Of a DNA stretch of 64,000 nt, positions 8,801-23,800 are shown piece after piece (positions within the stretch are counted from its first letter, which is position 1; every line of letters starts with the position of its first letter). The DNA is taken from positions 430,838,001-430,902,000 of the forward strand of contig OZ024740.1 in NCBI GenBank assembly GCA_964016885.1. Direction: 5' to 3'. Made by a program: the position numbers and the translations under genes. The stretch comes from Eledone cirrhosa (taxonomy: Eukaryota). Under the pieces are notes generated by a model. That model saw only the letters and a list, made by a program, of their open reading frames with translations, ran no database searches and was not told where the DNA came from.

Positions 8801-11800
8801 TGAGCAGATGATATAATGTTACTTAACTTAGCAGAAGATATAGTGTTACTTAACTTAGCAGATGATATAGTGTTACTTAACTTAGCAGAGGATATAGTGT
8901 TACTTAACTTAGCAGAAGATATAATGTTACTTAACTTAGCAGATGATATAGTGTTACTTAACTTAGCAGATGATATACTGTTACTTAACTGAGCAGATGA
9001 TATAGTGTTACTTAACTGAGCAGATGATATAATGTTACTTAACTGAGCAGATGATATAGTGTTACTTAACTGAGCAGATGATATAATGTTACTTAACTGA
9101 CAGATGATATAGTGTTACTTAGCTTAGCAGATGATATACTGTTACTTAACTTAGCAGATGATATAATGTTACTTAACTGAGCAGATGATATAGTGTTACT
9201 TAACTTAGCAGATGATATAGAGTTACTTAACTGAGCAGATGATATAATGTTACTTAACTTAGCAGATGATATAGTGTTACTTAACTAAGCAGAAGATATA
9301 ATGTTACTTAACTTAGCAGATGATATAGTGTTACTTAACTTAGCAGATGATATAGTGTTACTTAACTTAGAAGCTGATATAGTGTTACTTAAGTCAGCAG
9401 AAGATATGGTGTTACTTAACTTAGCAGATGATATAGTGTTACTTAACTGAGCAGATGATATAATGTTACTTAACTTAGCAGATGATATAGTGTTACTTAA
9501 CTTAGCAGATGATATAGTGTTACTTAACTGAGCAGATGTTATAGTGTTACTTAACTTAGCAGATGATATAGTGTTACTTAACTGAGGAGATGATATAGTG
9601 TTACTTAACTGAGCAGATGATATAGTGTTACTTAACTTAGCAGATGATATAGTGTTACTTAACTTAGCAGATGATATAGTGTTACTTAACTTAGCAGATG
9701 ATATAATGTTACTTAACTTAGCAGAAGATATAGTGTTACTTAACTTAGCAGATGATATAGTGTTACTTAACTTAGCAGATAATATAGTGTTACTTAACTT
9801 AGCAGATGATATAATGTTACTTAACTTAGCAGATGATATAGTGTTACTTAACTTAGCAGATGATATAGTGTTACTTAACTTAGCAGATGATATAATGTTA
9901 CTTAACTGAGCAGATCATATAATGTTACTTAACTTAGCAGATGATATAGTGTTACTTAACTTAGCAGATGATATAGTGTTACTTAACTGAGCAGATGTTA
10001 TAGTGTTACTTAACTTAGCAGATGATATAGTGTTACTTAACTGAGCAGATGATATAATGTTACTTAACTTAGCAGAAGATATAGTGTTACTTAACTTAGC
10101 AGATGATATAGTGTTACTTAACTTAGCAGATGATATAGTGTTACTTAACTGAGCAGATGATATAATGTTACTTAACTTAGCAGAGGATATAGTGTTACTT
10201 AACTTAGCAGAAGATATAATGTTACTTAACTTAGCAGATGATATAGTGTTACTTAACTTAGCAGATGATATACTGTTACTTAACTGAGCAGATGATATAG
10301 TGTTACTTAACTGAGCAGATGATATAATGTTACTTAACTGAGCAGATGATATAGTGTTACTTAACTGAGCAGATGATATAATGTTACTTAACTGAGCAGA
10401 TGATATAGTGTTACTTAACTTAGCAGATGATATAGAGTTACTTAACTGAGCAGATGATATAATGTTACTTAACTTAGCAGATGATATAGTGTTACTTAAC
10501 TAAGCAGAATATATAATGTTACTTAACTTAGCAGATGATATAGTGTTACTTAACTTAGCAGATGATATAGTGTTACTTAACTTAGAAGATGATATAGTGT
10601 TACTTAAGTCAGCAGAAGATATGGTGTTACTTAACTTAGCAGATGATATAGTGTTACTTAACTGAGCAGATGATATAATGTTACTTAACTTAGCAGATGA
10701 TATAGTGTTACTTAACTTAGCAGATGGTATAGTGTTACTTAACTGAGCAGATGTTATAGTGTTACTTAACTTAGCAAATGATATAGTGTTACTTAACTGA
10801 GGAGATGATATAGTGTTACTTAAAGTAGCAGATGATATAGTGTTACTTAACTTAGCAGATGATACAGTGTTACTTAAACTTAGCAGATGATATAGTGTTA
10901 CTTAACTGAGCAGATGATATAATGTTACTTAACTTAGCAGATAATATGGTGTTACTTAACTCAGCAGATGATATAATGTTACTTAACTTAGCAGATGATA
11001 TAGTGTTACTTAACTTAGCAGATGATATAGTGTTACTTAACTTAGCAGATGATATAATGTTACTTAACTTAGCAGATGATATAATGTTACTTAACTTAGC
11101 AGATGATATAATGTTACTTAACTTAGCAGATGATATAGTGTTACTTAACTTAGCAGATGATATAGTGTTACTTAACTTAGCAGATGATATAGTGTTACTT
11201 AACTTAGCAGATGATATAATGTTACTTAACTTAGCAGATGATATAGTGTTACTTAACTGAGCAGATGATATAATGTTACTTAACTGAGCAGATGATATAG
11301 TGTTACATAACTTAGCAGATGATATAGTGTTACTTAACTTAGCAGATAATATAGTGTTACTTAACTTAGCAGATGATATAATGTTACTTAACTTAGCAGA
11401 TGATATAGTGTTACTTAACTTAGCAGATGATATAGTGTTACTTAACTTAGCAGATGATATAGTGTTACTTAACTGAGCAGATAATATAATGTTACTTAAC
11501 TTAGCAGAAGATATAGTGTTACTTAACTTAGCAGATGATATAGTGTTACTTAACTTAGCAGATGATATAGTGTTACTTAACTGAGCAGATGATATAATGT
11601 TACTTAACTTAGCAGAGGATATAGTGTTACTTAACTTAGCAGAAGATATAATGTTACTTAACTTAGCAGATGATATAGTGTTACTTAACTTAGCAGATGA
11701 TATACTGTTACTTAACTGAGCAGATGATATAGTGTTACTTAACTGAGCAGATGATATAATGTTACTTATCTGAGCATATGATATGGTGTTACTTAACTTA

Positions 11801-14800
11801 GCAGATGATATAATGTTACTTAACTGAGCAGATGATATAGTGTTACTTAACTTAGCAGATGATATAGAGTTACTTAACTGAGCAGATGATATAATGTTAC
11901 TTAACTTAGCAGATGATATAGTGTTACTTAACTAAGCAGAAGATATAATGTTACTTAACTTAGCAGATGATATAGTGTTACTTAACTTAGCAGATGATAT
12001 AGTGTTACTTAACTTAGAAGATGATATAGTGTTACTTAAGTCAGCAGAAGATATGGTGTTACTTAACTTAGCAGATGATATAGTGTTACTTAACTGACCA
12101 GATGATATAATGTTACTTAACTTAGCAGATGATATAGTGTTACTTAACTTAGCAGATGATATACTGTTACTTAACTGAGCAGATGATATAGTGTTACTTA
12201 ACTGAGCAGATGATATAATGTTACTTAACTGAGCAGATGATATAGTGTTACTTAACTGAGCAGATGATATAATGTTACTTAACTGAGCAGATGATATAGT
12301 GTTACTTAGCTTAGCAGATGATATACTGTTACTTAACTTAGCAGATGATATAATGTTACTTAACTGAGCAGATGATATAATGTTACTTAACTGAGCAGAT
12401 GATATAGTGTTACTTAACTGAGCAGATGATATAGTGTTACTTAACTTAGAAGATGATATAGTGTTACTTAAGTCAGCAGAAGATATGGTGTTACTTAACT
12501 TAGCAGATGATATAGTGTTACTTAACTGACCAGATGATATAATGTTACTTAACTTAGCAGATGATATAGTGTTACTTAACTTAGCAGATGATATACTGTT
12601 ACTTAACTGAGCAGATGATATAGTGTTACTTAACTGAGCAGATGATATAATGTTACTTAACTGAGCAGATGATATAGTGTTACTTAACTGAGCAGATGAT
12701 ATAATGTTACTTAACTGAGCAGATGATATAGTGTTACTTAGCTTAGCAGATGATATACTGTTACTTAACTTAGCAGATGATATAATGTTACTTAACTGAG
12801 CAGATGATATAGTGTTACTTAACTTAGCAGATGATATAGAGTTACTTAACTGAGCAGATGATATAATGTTACTTAACTTAGCAGATGATATAGTGTTACT
12901 TAACTAAGCAGAATATATAATGTTACTTAACTTAGCAGATGATATAGTGTTACTTAACTTAGCAGATGATATAGTGTTACTTAACTTAGAAGATGATATA
13001 GTGTTACTTAAGTCAGCAGAAGATATGGTGTTACTTAACTTAGCAGATGATATAGTGTTACTTAACTGAGCAGATGATATAATGTTACTTAACTTAGCAG
13101 ATGATATAGTGTTACTTAACTTAGCAGATGGTATAGTGTTACTTAACTGAGCAGATGTTATAGTGTTACTTAACTTAGCAAATGATATAGTGTTACTTAA
13201 CTGAGGAGATGATATAGTGTTACTTAAAGTAGCAGATGATATAGTGTTACTTAACTTAGCAGATGATACAGTGTTACTTAAACTTAGCAGATGATATAGT
13301 GTTACTTAACTGAGCAGATGATATAATGTTACTTAACTTAGCAGATAATATGGTGTTACTTAACTCAGCAGATGATATAATGTTACTTAACTTAGCAGAT
13401 GATATAGTGTTACTTAACTTAGCAGATGATATAGTGTTACTTAACTTAGCAGATGATATAATGTTACTTAACTTAGCAGATGATATAATGTTACTTAACT
13501 TAGCAGATGATATAATGTTACTTAACTTAGCAGATGATATAGTGTTACTTAACTTAGCAGATGATATAGTGTTACTTAACTTAGCAGATGATATAGTGTT
13601 ACTTAACTTAGCAGATGATATAATGTTACTTAACTTAGCAGATGATATAGTGTTACTTAACTTAGCAGATGATATAGTGTTACTTAACTGAGCAGATGAT
13701 ATAATGTTACTTAACTTAGCAGATGATATAGTGTTACTTAACTTAGCAGATGATATAGTGTTACTTAACTTAGCAGATGATATATTGTTACTTAACTTAG
13801 CAGATGATATAGTGTTACTTAACTGAGCAGATGATATAATGTTACTTAACTGAGCAGATGATATAGTGTTACATAACTTAGCAGATGATATAGTGTTACT
13901 TAACTTAGCAGATAATATAGTGTTACTTAACTTAGCAGATGATATAATGTTACTTAACTTAGCAGATGATATAGTGTTACTTAACTTAGCAGATGATATA
14001 GTGTTACTTAACTTAGCAGATGATATAGTGTTACTTAACTGAGCAGATAATATAATGTTACTTAACTTAGCAGAAGATATAGTGTTACTTAACTTAGCAG
14101 ATGATATAGTGTTACTTAACTTAGCAGATGATATAGTGTTACTTAACTGAGCAGATGATATAATGTTACTTAACTTAGCAGAGGATATAGTGTTACTTAA
14201 CTTAGCAGAAGATATAATGTTACTTAACTTAGCAGATGATATAGTGTTACTTAACTTAGCAGATGATATACTGTTACTTAACTGAGCAGATGATATAGTG
14301 TTACTTAACTGAGCAGATGATATAATGTTACTTATCTGAGCATATGATATGGTGTTACTTAACTTAGCAGATGATATAATGTTACTTAACTGAGCAGATG
14401 ATATAGTGTTACTTAACTTAGCAGATGATATAGAGTTACTTAACTGAGCAGATGATATAATGTTACTTAACTTAGCAGATGATATAGTGTTACTTAACTA
14501 AGCAGAAGATATAATGTTACTTAACTTAGCAGATGATATAGTGTTACTTAACTTAGCAGATGATATAGTGTTACTTAACTTAGAAGATGATATAGTGTTA
14601 CTTAAGTCAGCAGAAGATATGGTGTTACTTAACTTAGCAGATGATATAGTGTTACTTAACTGACCAGATGATATAATGTTACTTAACTTAGCAGATGATA
14701 TAGTGTTACTTAACTTAGCAGATGATATAGTGTTACTTAACTGAGCAGATGTTATAGTGTTACTTAACTTAGCAGATGATATAGTGTTACTTAACTGAGG

Positions 14801-17800
14801 AGATGATATAGTGTTACTTAACTGAGCAGATGTTATAGTGTTACTTAACTTAGCAGATGATATAGTGTTACTTAACTTAGCAGATGATATAGTGTTACTT
14901 AAATTAGCAGATGATATATGTTACTTAACTCAGCAGATGATATATTGTTACTTAACTTAGCAGATGATATAGTGTTACTTAACTTAGCAGATGATATAGT
15001 GTTACTTAACTGAGGACATGATATAGTGTTACTTAAAATAGCAGATGATATAGTGTTACTTAACTTAGCAGATGATACAGTGTTACTTAAACTTAGCAGA
15101 TGATATAGTGTTACTTAACTGAGCAGATGATATAATGTTACTTAACTTAGCAGATAATATGGTGTTACTTAACTCAGCAAATGATATAATGTTACTTAAC
15201 TTAGCAGATGATATAGTGTTACTTAACTTAGCAGATGATATAGTGTTACTTAACTTAGCAGATGATATAATGTTACTTAACTTAGCAGATGATATAATGT
15301 TACTTAACTTAGCAGATGATATAATGTTACTTAACTTAGCAGATGATATAGTGTTACTTAACTTAGCAGATGATATAGTGTTACTTAACTTAGCAGATGA
15401 TATAGTGTTACTTAACTTAGCAGATGATATAATGTTACTTAAATTAGCAGATGATATAGTGTTACTTAACTTAGCAGATGATATAGTGTTACTTAACTGA
15501 GCAGATGATATAATGTTACTTAACTTAGCAGATGATATAGTGTTACTTAACTTAGCAGATGATATAGTGTTACTTAACTTAGCAGATGATATATTGTTAC
15601 TTAACTTAGCAGATGATATAGTGTTACTTAACTGAGCAGATGATATAGTGTTACTTAACTGAGCAGATGATATAGTGTTACTTAACTTAGCAGATGATAT
15701 AGTGTTACTTAACTTAGCAGATGATATAGTGTTACTTAACTTAGCAGATGATATAATGTTACTTAACTTAGCAGAAGATATAGTGTTACTTAACTTAGCA
15801 GATGATATAGTGTTACTTAACTTAGCAGATAATATAGTGTTACTTAACTTAGCAGATAATATAGTGTTACTTAACTTAGCAGATGATATAATGTTACTTA
15901 ACTTAGCAGATGATATAGTGTTACTTAACTTAGCAGATGATATAGTGTTACTTAACTTAGCAGATGATATAATGTTACTTAACTGAGCAGATCATATAAT
16001 GTTACTTAACTTAGCAGATGATATAGTGTTACTTAACTGAGGAGATGATATAGTGTTACTTAACTGAGCAGATGATATAGTGTTACTTAACTTAGCAGAT
16101 GATATAGTGTTACTTAACTTAGCAGATGATATAGTGTTACTTAACTGAGCAGATGTTATAGTGTTACTTAACTTAGCAGATGATATAGTGTTACTTAACT
16201 GAGGAGATGATATAGTGTTACTTAACTGAGCAGATGATATAGTGTTACTTAACTTAGCAGATGATATAGTGTTACTTAACTTAGCAGATGATATAGTGTT
16301 ACTTAACTGAGCAGATGATATAATGTTACTTAACTTAGCAGAAGATATAGTGTTACTTAACTTAGCAGATGATATAGTGTTACTTAACTTAGCAGATGAT
16401 ATAGTGTTACTTAACTGAGCAGATGATATAATGTTACTTAACTTAGCAGAGGATATAGTGTTACTTAACTTAGCAGAAGATATAATGTTACTTAACTTAG
16501 CAGATGATATAGTGTTACTTAACTTAGCAGATGATATACTGTTACTTAACTGAGCAGATGATATAGTGTTACTTAACTGAGCAGATGATATAATGTTACT
16601 TAACTGAGCAGATGATATAGTGTTACTTAACTGAGCAGATGATATAATGTTACTTAACTGAGCAGATGATATAGTGTTACTTAGCTTAGCAGATGATATA
16701 CTGTTACTTAACTTAGCAGATGATATAATGTTACTTAACTGAGCAGTTGATATAGTGTTACTTAACTTAGCAGATGATATAGAGTTACTTAACTGAGCAG
16801 ATGATATAATGTTACTTAACTTAGCAGATGATATAGTGTTACTTAACTAAGCAGAATATATAATGTTACTTAACTTAGCAGATGATATAGTGTTACTTAA
16901 CTTAGCAGATGATATAGTGTTACTTAACTTAGAAGATGATATAGTGTTACTTAAGTCAGCAGAAGATATGGTGTTACTTAACTTAGCAGATGATATAGTG
17001 TTACTTAACTGAGCAGATGATATAATGTTACTTAACTTAGCAGATGATATAGTGTTACTTAACTTAGCAGATGATATAGTGTTACTTAACTGAGCAGATG
17101 TTATAGTGTTACTTAACTTAGCAAATGATATAGTGTTACTTAACTTAGCAGATGATATAGTGTTACTTAACTGAGCAGATGATATAATGTTACTTAACTT
17201 AGCAGATGATATAGTGTTACTTAACTTAGCAGATGATATAGTGTTACTTAACTTAGCAGATGATATAGTGTTACTTAACTTAGCAGATGATACAGTGTTA
17301 CTTAAACTTAGCAGATGATATAGTGTTACTTAACTGAGCAGATGATATAATGTTACTTAACTTAGCAGATAATATGGTGTTACTTAACTCAGCAGATGAT
17401 ATAATGTTACTTAACTTAGCAGATGAGATAGTGTTACTTAACTTAGCAGATGATATAGTGTTACTTAATTTAGCAGATGATATAATGTTACTTAACTTAG
17501 CAGATGATATAATGTTACTTAACTTAGCAGATGATATAGTGTTACTTAACTTAGCAGATGATATAGTGTTACTTAACTTAGCAGATGATATAGTGTTACT
17601 TAACTTAGCAGATGATATAATGTTACTTAACTTAGCAGATGATATAGTGTTACTTAACTTAGCAGATGATATAGTGTTACTTAACTGAGCAGATGATATA
17701 ATGTTACTTAACTTAGCAGATGATATAGTGTTACTTAACTTAGCAGATGATATAGTGTTACTTAACTGAGCAGATGATATAATGTTACTTAACTGAGCAG

Positions 17801-20800
17801 ATGATATAGTGTTACATAACTTAGCAGATGATATAGTGTTACTTAACTTAGCAGATAATATAGTGTTACTTAACTTAGCAGATGATATAATGTTACTTAA
17901 GTTAGCAGATGATATAGTGTTACTTAACTTAGCAGATGATATAGTGTTACTTAACTTAGCAGATGATATAGTGTTACTTAACTGAGCAGATGATATAATG
18001 TTACTTAACTTAGCAGAAGATATAGTGTTACTTAACTTAGCAGATGATATAGTGTTACTTAACTTAGCAGATGATATAGTGTTACTTAACTGAGCAGATG
18101 ATATAATGTTACTTAACTTAGCAGAGGATATAGTGTTACTTAACTTAGCAGAAGATATAATGTTACTTAACTTAGCAGATGATATAGTCTTACTTAACTT
18201 AGCAGATGATATACTGTTACTTAACTGAGCAGATGATATAGTGTTACTTAACTGAGCAGATGATATAATGTTACTTATCTGAGCAGATGATATAGTGTTA
18301 CTTAACTGAGCAGATGATATAATGTTACTTAACTGAGCAGATGATATAGTGTTACTTAGCTTAGCAGATGATATAATGTTACTTAACTTAGCAGATGATA
18401 TAATGTTACTTAACTGAGCAGATGATATAGTGTTACTTAACTTAGCAGATGATATAGAGTTACTTAACTGAGCAGATGATATAATGTTACTTAACTTAGC
18501 AGATGATATAGTGTTACTTAACTTAGCAGATGATATAGTGTTACTTAACTTAGCAGATGATATAGTGTTACTTAACTGAGCAGATGTTATAGTGTTACTT
18601 AACTTAGCAGATGATATAGTGTTACTTAACTGAGGAGATGATATAGTGTTACTTAACTGAGCAGATGTTATAGTGTTACTTAACTTAGCAGATGATATAG
18701 TGTTACTTAATTAGCAGATGATATAGTGTTACTTAAATTAGCAGATGATATATGTTACTTAACTCAGCAGATGATATATTGTTACTTAACTTAGCAGATG
18801 ATATAGTGTTACTTAACTTAGCAGATGATATAGTGTTACTTAACTGAGGAGATGATATAGTGTTACTTAAAATAGCAGATGATATAGTGTTACTTAACTT
18901 AGCAGATGATACAGTGTTACTTAAACTTAGCAGATGATATAGTGTTACTTAACTGAGCAGATGATATAATGTTACTTAACTTAGCAGATAATATGGTGTT
19001 ACTTAACTCAGCAAATGATATAATGTTACTTAACTTAGCAGATGATATAGTGTTACTTAACTTAGCAGATGATATAGTGTTACTTAACTTAGCAGATGAT
19101 ATAATGTTACTTAACTTAGCAGATGATATAATGTTACTTAACTTAGCAGATGATATAATGTTACTTAACTTAGCAGATGATATAGTGTTACTTAACTTAG
19201 CAGATGATATAGTGTTACTTAACTTAGCAGATGATATAGTGTTACTTAACTTAGCAGATGATATAATGTTACTTAACTTAGCAGATGATATAGTGTTACT
19301 TAACTTAGCAGATGATATAGTGTTACTTAACTGAGCAGATGATATAATGTTACTTAACTTAGCAGATGATATAGTGTTACTTAACTTAGCAGATGATATA
19401 GTGTTACTTAACTTAGCAGATGATATATTGTTACTTAACTTAGCAGATGATATAGTGTTACTTAACTGAGCAGATGATATAATGTTACTTAACTGAGCAG
19501 ATGATATAGTGTTACTTAACTTAGCAGATGATATAGTGTTACTTAACTTAGCAGATGATATAGTGTTACTTAACTGAGCAGATGATATAATGTTACTTAA
19601 CTTAGCAGAAGATATAGTGTTACTTAACTTAGCAGATGATATAGTGTTACTTAACTTAGCAGATAATATAGTGTTACTTAACTTAGCAGATGATATAATG
19701 TTACTTAACTTAGCAGATGATATAGTGTTACTTAACTTAGCAGATGATATAGTGTTACTTAACTTAGCAGATGATATAGTGTTACTTAACTGAGCAGATG
19801 ATATAATGTTACTTAACTTAGCAGAAGATATAGTGTTACTTAACTTAGCAGATGATATAGTGTTACTTAACTTAGCAGATGATATAGTGTTACTTAACTG
19901 AGCAGATGATATAATGTTACTTAACTTAGCAGAGGATATAGTGTTACTTAACTTAGCAGAAGATATAATGTTACTTAACTTAGCAGATGATATAGTGTTA
20001 CTTAACTTAGCAGATGATATACTGTTACTTAACTGAGCAGATGATATAGTGTTACTTAACTGAGCAGATGATATAATGTTACTTAACAGAGCAGATGATA
20101 TAGTGTTACTTAACTGAGCAGATGATATAATGTTACTTAACTGAGCAGATGATATAGTGTTACTTAGCTTAGCAGATGATATACTGTTACTTAACTTAGC
20201 AGATGATATAATGTTACTTAACTGAGCAGATGATATAGTGTTACTTAACTTAGCAGATGATATAGAGTTACTTAACTGAGCAGATGATATAATGTTACTT
20301 TACTTAGCAGATGATATAGTGTTACTTAACTTAGCAGATGATATAGTGTTACTTAACTTAGAAGATGATATAGTATTACTTAACTCAGCAGAAGATATGG
20401 TGTTACTTAACTTAGCAGATGATATAGTGTTACTTAACTGAGCAGATGATATAATCTTACTTAACTTAGCAGATGATATAGTGTTACTTAACTTAGCAGA
20501 TGATATAGTGTTACTTAACTTAGAAGATGATATAGTATTACTTAACTCAGCAGAAGATATGGTGTTACTTAACTTAGCAGATGATACAGTGTTACTTAAA
20601 CTTAGCAGATGATATAGTGTTACTTAACTGAGCAGATGATATAATGTTACTTAACTTAGCAGATAATATGGTGTTACTTAACTCAGCAAATGATATAATG
20701 TTACTTAACTTAGCAGATGATATAGTGTTACTTAACTTAGCAGATGATATAGTGTTACTTAACTTAGCAGATGATATAATGTTACTTAACTTAGCAGATG

Positions 20801-23800
20801 ATATAATGTTACTTAACTTAGCAGATGATATAATGTTACTTAACTTAGCAGATGATATAGTGTTACTTAACTTAGCAGATGATATAGTGTTACTTAACTT
20901 AGCAGATGATATAGTGTTACTTAACTTAGCAGATGATATAATGTTACTTAAATTAGCAGATGATATAGTGTTACTTAACTTAGCAGATGATATAGTGTTA
21001 CTTAACTGAGCAGATGATATAATGTTACTTAACTTAGCAGATGATATAGTGTTACTTAACTTAGCAGATGATATAGTGTTACTTAACTTAGCAGATGATA
21101 TATTGTTACTTAACTTAGCAGATGATATAGTGTTACTTAACTGAGCAGATGATATAGTGTTACTTAACTGAGCAGATGATATAGTGTTACTTAACTTAGC
21201 AGATGATATAGTGTTACTTAACTTAGCAGATGATATAGTGTTACTTAACTTAGCAGATGATATAATGTTACTTAACTTAGCAGAAGATATAGTGTTACTT
21301 AACTTAGCAGATGATATAGTGTTACTTAACTTAGCAGATAATATAGTGTTACTTAACTTAGCAGATAATATAGTGTTACTTAACTTAGCAGATGATATAA
21401 TGTTACTTAACTTAGCAGATGATATAGTGTTACTTAACTTAGCAGATGATATAGTGTTACTTAACTTAGCAGATGATATAATGTTACTTAACTGAGCAGA
21501 TCATATAATGTTACTTAACTTAGCAGATGATATAGTGTTACTTAACTGAGGAGATGATATAGTGTTACTTAACTGAGCAGATGATATAGTGTTACTTAAC
21601 TTAGCAGATGATATAGTGTTACTTAACTTAGCAGATGATATAGTGTTACTTAACTGAGCAGATGTTATAGTGTTACTTAACTTAGCAGATGATATAGTGT
21701 TACTTAACTGAGGAGATGATATAGTGTTATTTAACTGAGCAGATGATATAGTGTTACTTAACTTAGCAGATGATATAGTGTTACTTAACTTAGCAGATGA
21801 TATAGTGTTACTTAACTGAGCAGATGATATAATGTTACTTAACTTAGCAGAAGATATAGTGTTACTTAACTTAGCAGATGATATAGTGTTACTTAACTTA
21901 GCAGATGATATAGTGTTACTTAACTGAGCAGATGATATAATGTTACTTAACTTAGCAGAGGATATAGTGTTACTTAACTTAGCAGAAGATATAATGTTAC
22001 TTAACTTAGCAGATGATATAGTGTTACTTAACTTAGCAGATGATATACTGTTACTTAACTGAGCAGATGATATAGTGTTACTTAACTGAGCAGATGATAT
22101 AATGTTACTTAACTGAGCAGATGATATAGTGTTACTTAACTGAGCAGATGATATAATGTTACTTAACTGAGCAGATGATATAGTGTTACTTAGCTTAGCA
22201 GATGATATACTGTTACTTAACTTAGCAGATGATATAATGTTACTTAACTGAGCAGATGATATAGTGTTACTTAACTTAGCAGATGATATAGAGTTACTTA
22301 ACTGAGCAGATGATATAATGTTACTTAACTTAGCAGATGATATAGTGTTACTTAACTAAGCAGAATATATAATGTTACTTAACTTAGCAGATGATATAGT
22401 GTTACTTAACTTAGCAGATGATATAGTGTTACTTAACTTAGAAGATGATATAGTGTTACTTAAGTCAGCAGAAGATATGGTGTTACTTAACTTAGCAGAT
22501 GATATAGTGTTACTTAACTGAGCAGATGATATAATGTTACTTAACTTAGCAGATGATATAGTGTTACTTAACTTAGCAGATGATATAGTGTTACTTAACT
22601 GAGCAGATGTTATAGTGTTACTTAACTTAGCAAATGATATAGTGTTACTTATCTTAGCAGATGATATAGTGTTACTTAACTGAGCAGATGATATAATGTT
22701 ACTTAACTTAGCAGATGATATAGTGTTACTTAACTTAGCAGATGATATAGTGTTACATAACTTAGCAGATGATATAGTGTTACTTAACTTAGCAGATGAT
22801 ACAGTGTTACTTAAACTTAGCAGATGATATAGTGTTACTTAACTGAGCAGATGATATAATGTTACTTAACTTAGCAGATAATATGGTGTTACTTAACTCA
22901 GCAGATGATATAATGTTACTTAACTTAGCAGATGAGATAGTGTTACTTAACTTAGCAGATGATATAGTGTTACTTAATTTAGCAGATGATATAATGTTAC
23001 TTAACTTAGCAGATGATATAATGTTACTTAACTTAGCAGATGATATAGTGTTACTTAACTTAGCAGATGATATAGTGTTACTTAACTTAGCAGATGATAT
23101 AGTGTTACTTAACTTAGCAGATGATATAATGTTACTTAACTTAGCAGATGATATAGTGTTACTTAACTTAGCAGATGATATAGTGTTACTTAACTGAGCA
23201 GATGATATAATGTTACTTAACTTAGCAGATGATATAGTGTTACTTAACTTAGCAGATGATATAGTGTTACTTACCTGAGCAGATGATATAATGTTACTTA
23301 ACTGAGCAGATGATATAGTGTTACATAACTTAGCAGATGATATAGTGTTACTTAACTTAGCAGATAATATAGTGTTACTTAACTTAGCAGATGATATAAT
23401 GTTACTTAAGTTAGCAGATGATATAGTGTTACTTAACTTAGCAGATGATATAGTGTTACTTAACTTAGCAGATGATATAGTGTTACTTAACTGAGCAGAT
23501 GATATAATGTTACTTAACTTAGCAGAAGATATAGTGTTACTTAACTTAGCAGATGATATAGTGTTACTTAACTTAGCAGATGATATAGTGTTACTTAACT
23601 GAGCAGATGATATAATGTTACTTAACTTAGCAGAGGATATAGTGTTACTTAACTTAGCAGAAGATATAATGTTACTTAACTTAGCAGATGATATAGTCTT
23701 ACTTAACTTAGCAGATGATATACTGTTACTTAACTGAGCAGATGATATAGTGTTACTTAACTGAGCAGATGATATAATGTTACTTATCTGAGCAGATGAT